Virus record (IMG/VR): IMGVR_UViG_3300042331_000508
Coordinates: 4,537 to 68,536 of that record
DNA: 64,000 nt
DNA from: a virus
Reading direction: 5' to 3' (one strand)
Made by a program: the position numbers and the translations under genes
Part shown: positions 58,160 to 64,000 of the stretch, one piece after another
How the letters are laid out: each line of letters begins with the position of its first letter
How positions within the stretch are numbered: position 1 is the stretch's first letter
Notes under the pieces: generated by a model
Seen by the model: only the letters and a program-made list of their open reading frames with translations
What the model was told of the DNA's origin: nothing
The model's database searches: none

Positions 58160-58792
58160 ATGGACGAGATCAAAAGCAAGCTGGTTGCCTTGGAGGCAAA
58201 AATTGATGAGAAGCTCTTTGCCACTTATCGTGGCCCTGACGGTCGTTTGTATCAGGAAGAAGATGGCTCGCTTCTGAAAACCGGCGCCGCTGGCGTTGGC
58301 GTTGGAGCCGCGGGGTATGGAGCCGTTAAAGCGGATCGCGCCATCATGGGAAAATATGGCCGCCGCAATTTGCTGCCGGTCGGTGACATGGAGCCCGGCA
58401 GCCCACGCTCCATTGCCAACCGGGCCGCAGCTCCTCTGCGTCCCACGTTCGGATCTGACGGTCCTCGCTTTACTTCCGAGGTCAATCGCCGCGAGGCCTA
58501 TGGCTCTATGCTGAACAGCCTGCGCAACAAAGCGGAAGCAGGTGCCTCTCAAGCAGGAGCTATCGGTCAAAAAATTCAAGACCGCGTCGGCGGCTATGCT
58601 GCTCGCGCTGGAGAGATTGCTCAAGAAATGCCCGGGCGCTTCAAGAGAGCAGGGCGGCTTGGCCCCAAAATGGTCAAGTCAGAAGGCCTTATGGGCGGTC
58701 TCCGCGGCATCGCCCGAATTCTTACGGCAGGCAGGCTAAAGTTTTCCGCAAAAGATCGTTTGGTAAAGCTGACGGAACAGCTGGATCGCTAA
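58160..58792 (+). CDS. Basic Gly-rich protein, putative internal virion protein
   Basis: 210 aa; EKLFA and LKFSA motifs bracket the body. Confidence 0.6.
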   Translation: MDEIKSKLVALEAKIDEKLFATYRGPDGRLYQEEDGSLLKTGAAGVGVGAAGYGAVKADRAIMGKYGRRNLLPVGDMEPGSPRSIANRAAAPLRPTFGSDGPRFTSEVNRREAYGSMLNSLRNKAEAGASQAGAIGQKIQDRVGGYAARAGEIAQEMPGRFKRAGRLGPKMVKSEGLMGGLRGIARILTAGRLKFSAKDRLVKLTEQLDR

Positions 58793-58793
58793 C

Positions 58794-59351
58794 ATGGATT
58801 CCGCGCTTCGCCCAAGCATGATCGAGTTTGTCGATCCGCGCCCGCGCAACGACATGGGTCAGTATGTGGCGAATGAGACGGGCGGGGTGGATCCGAATTC
58901 CATGGCGGCGGCTTACGGGAACGTGGACGCCGAGAAAGCCCAGCGCCGCTCGATGATCGCGCAACGGCTCAAACAAATGATTGGCATGGCCAGTAAGAAA
59001 GAAATGAATGCGTTGACGCCTAAAATTGAGCTTGGAGTTGGCCGTGCCGCTCTAGCCGGAGGCGCCGTGCTCGGCGGCGCGGGACTGATCAAGGGTCTGG
59101 CAGGCGGCGCCGTATTAGGAGGCGCGCTGGGGGCTATCAAGGGCGCATTCAAAAAGGATCAAAGTATTTGGCAGGGCATGAAACAGGGCGCTGGAACCGG
59201 CGCTGGACTAGGCGCTGCTGCGGGCGGTATCGCAGGAGCCGGACTGGGCGCTGGACTAGGCGCTTCATTATTCAAGAGGGGAATGATTAACCCGAAATTC
59301 GCTGGTGCGCGCCCTTGGCCGGGGACTAAATCCGCCGCTTTTGGAGCATGA
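58794..59351 (+). CDS. Glycine-zipper protein, putative internal virion protein
   Basis: 185 aa; SMIEFV, EMNA..KIELG; long GxxxG runs. Confidence 0.6.
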   Translation: MDSALRPSMIEFVDPRPRNDMGQYVANETGGVDPNSMAAAYGNVDAEKAQRRSMIAQRLKQMIGMASKKEMNALTPKIELGVGRAALAGGAVLGGAGLIKGLAGGAVLGGALGAIKGAFKKDQSIWQGMKQGAGTGAGLGAAAGGIAGAGLGAGLGASLFKRGMINPKFAGARPWPGTKSAAFGA

Positions 59352-59842
59352 CGGAAAAGCAACGGCGCGGCGTGACGATCAAAACGCCACAGGGGGATAG
59401 TGCGCTGAGCCTGCTTTACAAGTGGGAGCAGTTGGCGAACACGGGCTTCTCGCTCGACAACTTGTATGTGAAGCATTCCCCGGGCAAGGGCTTGGGGGTC
59501 TTTGCCCGCCGTGAAATTGCGGAGGACGAATACATCGAGTTCTGTCACTGCATCACTTGCGATACGCCACGCCAGTTTTTGGCTGAGCCCCAGATCAGCC
59601 GCTACGCTTACGGCAACGACAATATCGCCATGCTCCTTCTGGGATTCGGGTCGATCTACAATTCAGCGCAAAGCGCTGAGACGGCCAACGCGCAGTATGC
59701 GGTGTTTTCCCAGAACAAGCTGGTGGTGTTCTGGGCCTCCCGCCTAATCGAAGCTCATGAGGAAATCTGCGTCTACCACGGAGAGGGATTCTTCAACAAG
59801 TGGTGCAAGCCATCGCAACCGATGGTGGCCATGACGGTCTAA
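59348..59842 (+). CDS. SET-domain protein (lysine methyltransferase-like)
   Basis: VKHSPGKGLGVFARREI..EYIE, LGFGSIYNS..ANA, ASRLIEAHEEICVYHG. Confidence 0.8.
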   Translation: MTEKQRRGVTIKTPQGDSALSLLYKWEQLANTGFSLDNLYVKHSPGKGLGVFARREIAEDEYIEFCHCITCDTPRQFLAEPQISRYAYGNDNIAMLLLGFGSIYNSAQSAETANAQYAVFSQNKLVVFWASRLIEAHEEICVYHGEGFFNKWCKPSQPMVAMTV

Positions 59843-59862
59843 ATTGACACGGCTCTCTGGGC

Positions 59863-61128
59863 ATGGGCTCAGAGATCATTCAATTCAACTGTAACACGAT
59901 CAGCGGTCGTGTGGACCGCGACAGCGGCGTTATTCGCGGCGTAGCTGTTATTACCGGCGGCGTCACAGCGCGCGGTCACAATCTGGAGGTCGATGACAAA
60001 ACGCTCAAACAGATTGTCGAGTGCGGTAACGACAAGGGGCGGGTCCAGGTCAAGCTGAACCACAAGGATCCGCAAGCCTTACAATCCATTTGCGGGTTTT
60101 TGGAGGGATTTCGTCGCGAGGGCAACAAGGTTGTCGCCGATTGGCATCTCTTAAAGTCCCACGAGGAATACGACAAGATCATCGAGCGGGCAGAGCGGAT
60201 GCCCGACTGCTTCGGCTTGAGCGCGGCATTCGCCGGACCTCCCAAGGGAGAAAAGCTCAAAAACGGCAAAGCCGCGGCGCGTTGCGAAGAACTCCTCGCC
60301 GTCGATTGCGTGCCGATGCCTGCGGCTAATCCAGCGGGCCTTTTTTCGGCGCTAGTTGACAGCGAGCAAAAAGAAAACCTTATGGACCAAAAAGAAGCCA
60401 ACCAAGCAACAGAGCCGACGCTGACTGACGTTATCGCCGCTCTCCAACAGGTGCAGGAAACGGTCAACGCTGTGGCTAATCGCCAAGCCGAGATCGACGC
60501 CCTTATTGAAGCCAACACGCCCCTTTCCGCCGAGGAACTGGAGCAGCTTGCCGCGATGAGCGACGAGGAGTTGGCCGCGCAAGGGATTGACCGCACCGAA
60601 GTCAACGAAGCCATCGCCGCTTACAACGCCGCCGTCGAGGCTGGTGAAGGCGACGAAGCGGAAGGCGAGGCTGGCGAAGCCGAAGCGGCTCCCGCTGAAG
60701 CTGCCGCACCTGCCGGTGCCGCGCTGTCCGCGCTGCGCAAGCGTGTGGTTGAACTTGAGGCCAAGCTGGCCGGTGAAAAGGAAGACAAGGAATCCGCCGA
60801 GATCATGCATGCGTTCGATGTGCTTGAGCAGAAGCAGGCGGCCCTGATCGCGCAGAACGAAGCCCTTCAGCGGACCATCCGCCTCCAAGGCATCAAAGCC
60901 GCGACTCCTGGGACCGAGTCTTTCCGCATGTTCTCCGCCGATCAAGGCGACGACAAGGTGACTGAGTTTGACCGCTTGGTGAGCGCGAAAGCCACCGAGC
61001 TGGAATCGCAGGGTAAAGCGAAGGCGGCGGCTCGCGCCGAAGCCATCCGCTTCACGATGAAAAGCAATCCCCGCTCGTATGCGGAACACAACGCCGCCCG
61101 CGGCATCGTGACACTGGCCGACAAATAA
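59863..61128 (+). CDS. Prohead protease / scaffold fusion
   Basis: VIRGVAVIT.G..ARGH, KLNH, FGLS, AVDCV..PAANPAGLFS; acidic coiled-coil C-terminal half. Confidence 0.85.
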   Translation: MGSEIIQFNCNTISGRVDRDSGVIRGVAVITGGVTARGHNLEVDDKTLKQIVECGNDKGRVQVKLNHKDPQALQSICGFLEGFRREGNKVVADWHLLKSHEEYDKIIERAERMPDCFGLSAAFAGPPKGEKLKNGKAAARCEELLAVDCVPMPAANPAGLFSALVDSEQKENLMDQKEANQATEPTLTDVIAALQQVQETVNAVANRQAEIDALIEANTPLSAEELEQLAAMSDEELAAQGIDRTEVNEAIAAYNAAVEAGEGDEAEGEAGEAEAAPAEAAAPAGAALSALRKRVVELEAKLAGEKEDKESAEIMHAFDVLEQKQAALIAQNEALQRTIRLQGIKAATPGTESFRMFSADQGDDKVTEFDRLVSAKATELESQGKAKAAARAEAIRFTMKSNPRSYAEHNAARGIVTLADK

Positions 61129-61139
61129 GGAGCAAATTT

Positions 61140-61493
61140 ATGGCATACATCGACGACAGCAAGGCGAGTTTCCTCGCACTCGGGACCAGCGGAATCGCCG
61201 GCAATGTGCGAGTCAAACTCGACAGCACCGGAAAGATCACTCTCGCGGGTCAAGGCGACCAGGAGATCGGCGTGACCGATTTCAAGGTCAACGACAACAC
61301 AACTCCGGTCAAAGTTCACCTGACCAACGGTGGCGGATCGCTGGAAGTCATTGCAGGCAGCGCAGTCGCTGTCGGCAGCGTCGTCAAGCGTGCGGCCAAC
61401 GGCAAGGTGGCTGCAACCGGCGGCACCGATTACGGCATCGCCGCGCAAGCCGCTTCGGCTGACGGCGATACGATCGAAGTTTTCCCGCTCTAA
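61140..61493 (+). CDS. Capsid decoration/cement protein (DUF2190-like)
   Basis: 117 aa before MCP; IGVT, ANGKV, GIAAQAASADGDTIEV. Confidence 0.75.
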   Translation: MAYIDDSKASFLALGTSGIAGNVRVKLDSTGKITLAGQGDQEIGVTDFKVNDNTTPVKVHLTNGGGSLEVIAGSAVAVGSVVKRAANGKVAATGGTDYGIAAQAASADGDTIEVFPL

Positions 61494-61511
61494 TCAAGGA
61501 GGTAACAATCT

Positions 61512-62489
61512 ATGTATACAAATGCTGACGCACTAATCCGCCCGGAACTCCAGGCGGTTGTTCAAGAGGCCTTGGAAGCTGAAAAGTTTTTCATTGCCGA
61601 CATGGTTTTCCCTCCTTTCGCGAGCAACACCAAAACTGGCGAATATAGGAAAATCAAGAAGGGCACGGGCAACATCTTGGCGAGCAACAGCTCCGACGAG
61701 ACGCTGCGTGCACCCCGCACGGCCTACAAAGAGGTCGACAGAACTTATGAAAAAGCGAGCTACGCTTGCCGCGATCGCGGTTTGACCGAAGTGGTCGATG
61801 ACAGCGATCAGCACGACTTGGCCCGCTTCTTCGACGCCGAGCAGGTGAGCACCAAGCTCCTCCTCTCCAACATCCTCCGCGCTCAAGAAGCGCGCGTGGC
61901 CGCCAAGGTCATGAACGAGGCAACCTGGGGCAAGGTGGATGCATCGGTGGCTTACACTGAAGCGAACATCAACACGCTTGACGTTCCGCTTGACTTCGAA
62001 GAGGCCATCGCGCGAGTCCAGAAACGCGGGGAGATGGTCAACACGATCATCATGAGCCGCAACATTTGGAAGCGTCTGCGCCGCTCGACTCAGCTGCGCA
62101 AATACATCTACGGCGACAATGCCGGTGGAAAAATCATCACCAAGGACGTTTTCTTGGCGACCTTCCAAGACAGCGCTCCGATCACCAACCTTTTCATCGC
62201 CGAGGCTGTTGTCTCGACCGCGAAGAAAGGCGAGGTCGTGGCTGACAACAAACTCAGCTACATCTGGGGCGACGATTATGTTTGGATGGGTTCGATCGCT
62301 GGCGGAGATCCGTCGATGGGCGGCGCGGGCCGCACCATCTACTGGGCCGAGGACGTCGAGTTCAACTATGTGGTGGAGAGCTTCCGCGACGAAGCGCGCC
62401 GCAGCGACGTGATCCGTGTTCGTCAGTATAACGAAGAGCACGTGGTGAACGAGTGTGCCGGAACGCTGATCAAGACGAACTACGCATAA
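61512..62489 (+). CDS. Major capsid protein
   Basis: 325 aa; FIADMVFP, LRAP, E.RVAA, GRT..W, DVIRVR; position and terminator. Confidence 0.88.
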   Translation: MYTNADALIRPELQAVVQEALEAEKFFIADMVFPPFASNTKTGEYRKIKKGTGNILASNSSDETLRAPRTAYKEVDRTYEKASYACRDRGLTEVVDDSDQHDLARFFDAEQVSTKLLLSNILRAQEARVAAKVMNEATWGKVDASVAYTEANINTLDVPLDFEEAIARVQKRGEMVNTIIMSRNIWKRLRRSTQLRKYIYGDNAGGKIITKDVFLATFQDSAPITNLFIAEAVVSTAKKGEVVADNKLSYIWGDDYVWMGSIAGGDPSMGGAGRTIYWAEDVEFNYVVESFRDEARRSDVIRVRQYNEEHVVNECAGTLIKTNYA

Positions 62490-62514
62490 CACTTCTGGTG
62501 TGGGTTGGGACTGC

Positions 62515-62550
62515 AAAAAAACACCCGTCAGCAATGGCGGGTGTTTTTTT
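62515..62550 (+). terminator. Rho-independent (bidirectional-type) terminator after capsid gene
   Basis: aaaaaaacacccgtca-gcaa-tggcgggtgttttttt. Confidence 0.85.
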
Positions 62551-62576
62551 GCGTTAGTTGACGGGCGCCTACCAAT

Positions 62577-62936
62577 GTGTTTGACGAGGCGTTTACAAGC
62601 TCGGACGAGGAGGCTTTCAAGATCCTTTCGCCTGATACGGTAAAGGTGTGGCAATCCTCGGCGCCCCAGGCTGTGCGCGTGGCCCGGGCCATTGAGATGC
62701 CACGGGAATTGTCCGGTGATTTTCGCGAGGGCGGCCGGCAAAAGGTGATCAACTTCGAACTGGAGGCCGACGCGGCTCCGCTGAGAGCAAGCACCGGCCT
62801 GACGGTTTTGCCGGAAGTAACCGATGGCTGGCTGGCCGAATGGCGCACGGTGCAGTATCGGATTCTGGCCGTGGTATGGCAGGGCGGCACGGCGACTCTG
62901 CGCCTCGGACCAGTATCTGATCCATCCGGGTGGTAA
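62577..62936 (+). CDS. Putative head-tail joining protein
   Basis: 119 aa after MCP; YRILAV. Confidence 0.5.
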   Translation: MFDEAFTSSDEEAFKILSPDTVKVWQSSAPQAVRVARAIEMPRELSGDFREGGRQKVINFELEADAAPLRASTGLTVLPEVTDGWLAEWRTVQYRILAVVWQGGTATLRLGPVSDPSGW

Positions 62937-62937
62937 T

Positions 62938-63360
62938 ATGAATGCAAGCATTGAAATGGAATTGATGGTGGCCGGGGCGCTGCGCGGTATGCAGCCGCCG
63001 CTCGGTGTGCCGGTGCTCGAAGGGCGGGCCAAAACGACCAGACCCGCGACCTACATCGCGGTGAACGCGGTCGAGGAAGAGTATCTGGTCAATCAGCTTA
63101 TGAAGGTGACGGTCGAAATCCTGCATGTATCGCAGATGGATGACTCTCTAACTGAGACGGCGCGCGCGGCGCTGCAGCGCATCTACGGATTTTTTGCCGA
63201 CGAGAGCAGCGTGTTGTCGGCCATTCGGGAGGCAGGGACGCCCCAGATGTCCAGCTGGCCGCACTTCGTGTATTTTGGTAAGGGTGAGCACAAGAAGAAG
63301 GACCGCTCACAGGGGGAGAGCATTACCATGGTGTTCGGGGTGGAGAACCAAGACGTCTAA
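62938..63360 (+). CDS. Putative neck/tail completion protein
   Basis: 140 aa from ATG 62938. Confidence 0.5.
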   Translation: MNASIEMELMVAGALRGMQPPLGVPVLEGRAKTTRPATYIAVNAVEEEYLVNQLMKVTVEILHVSQMDDSLTETARAALQRIYGFFADESSVLSAIREAGTPQMSSWPHFVYFGKGEHKKKDRSQGESITMVFGVENQDV

Positions 63361-63361
63361 T

Positions 63362-63434
63362 TGCGGGGCAGAACTCCGGTGAGTTCAGGTGTCTCATAAG
63401 CATCTATAGGTGGGTTCGACTCCCACCCCCGCTA
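63362..63434 (+). tRNA. tRNA with CAT anticodon (Met or Ile2)
   Basis: Cloverleaf: gcgggg/ccccgc, gaac/gttc, ggtgt-ctCATaa-gcatc, gtggg-ttcgact-cccac; no encoded CCA. Confidence 0.8.
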
Positions 63435-63501
63435 ATCGACCTTTTCCGGCGCTTATCTATCTACGGGGGCAAGGGGGAGTTGACACCGGTCTTTTCAGAG
63501 T

Positions 63502-64000
63502 ATGGCCAAGACTAATTGGGGCCAGATTGCGCGGGCGGCACACGAGCATGCTCACCGGTCTGTCATCGAAGACTACAAAGCCCAAGTCGAGCGCTACGAA
63601 CAGCGCGTGCAAGAGCTGGAAGACCAGTTGGGCGTGACCGAGGCATTGCGCAGCGTGGAACCCAACCGGGTGCTGGAAGTGAAAAAGACGACCAAAAGCG
63701 AGGCGGTGGCGGTGGCGGTGGCATCCGATTGGCATGTGGAGGAGACGGTGGATTCGGTTTCGGTCAACGGCTTGAATGCCTACAATCTGGGTGTCGCAGA
63801 GAAGCGGATCGACCAGTTTTTCACCAACGTGGTGCGCATGACGGAGATTCAGCGGGCCGGGGTGGACATCAACGATTGCGTGTTGTTTTTGGGCGGCGAC
63901 CTGATGTCCGGCTACATACATGAGGAGCTGCAAGAGACCAACAGCTTAAGCCCCACGGAGACGATTTTGTGGCTGCAGGAGCGCCTAACGGCAGGCATTG
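63502..64000 (+). CDS. Metallophosphoesterase (calcineurin-like), runs off window end
   Basis: Read manually from ATG 63502: coiled coil then VASDWHVEE, LGGDLMSGYIH. Confidence 0.75.
   Translation, partial: MAKTNWGQIARAAHEHAHRSVIEDYKAQVERYEQRVQELEDQLGVTEALRSVEPNRVLEVKKTTKSEAVAVAVASDWHVEETVDSVSVNGLNAYNLGVAEKRIDQFFTNVVRMTEIQRAGVDINDCVLFLGGDLMSGYIHEELQETNSLSPTETILWLQERLTAGI

Noticed and set aside
61533-63032. 499-aa minus-strand ORF
   Set aside because: Antisense shadow of the codon-biased capsid gene
1-64000. Firm host assignment (Verrucomicrobiota-like impression from gene style)
   Set aside because: Impression only; needs attP/tRNA matching or protein searches

Overview
The whole window is phage DNA with no host housekeeping genes. 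It looks like most of a circularly permuted, temperate, lambda-like (GpA terminase, lambda-family portal) tailed phage genome. Order: end of tape measure and tail/tail-fibre genes (1-18.7 kb, +); lysis (18.7-20.4 kb); RHH switch, xis, integrase and a duplicated tRNA-Cys-like attP (20.3-22.3 kb); DnaG-type primase and D5-type helicase (25-27.6 kb); terminase (27.9-30.3 kb); a 16 kb leftward early/accessory block with C5 methylase, ligase-like gene, histone-fold-like gene and MoxR/vWA pair (30.3-46.7 kb); small rightward genes, GT9 and FkbM (46.9-51.6 kb); portal, a 1,456-aa modular basic protein, SET-domain protein, protease/scaffold, capsid, head-tail genes, a CAT tRNA and a metallophosphoesterase (51.7-64 kb). 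The most notable signals are: (1) a putative capsid-packaged polyprotein with repeated two-site protease linkers; (2) a histone-fold-like gene plus a SET-domain gene in one phage; (3) a 1.5 kb tract almost free of CAG/CTG; (4) TTGAC(A) fixed about 13-14 nt before late-gene start codons; (5) six CTTACGTAAG palindromes; (6) a tandem-duplicated attP. All family calls are by eye from motifs; no searches were run.
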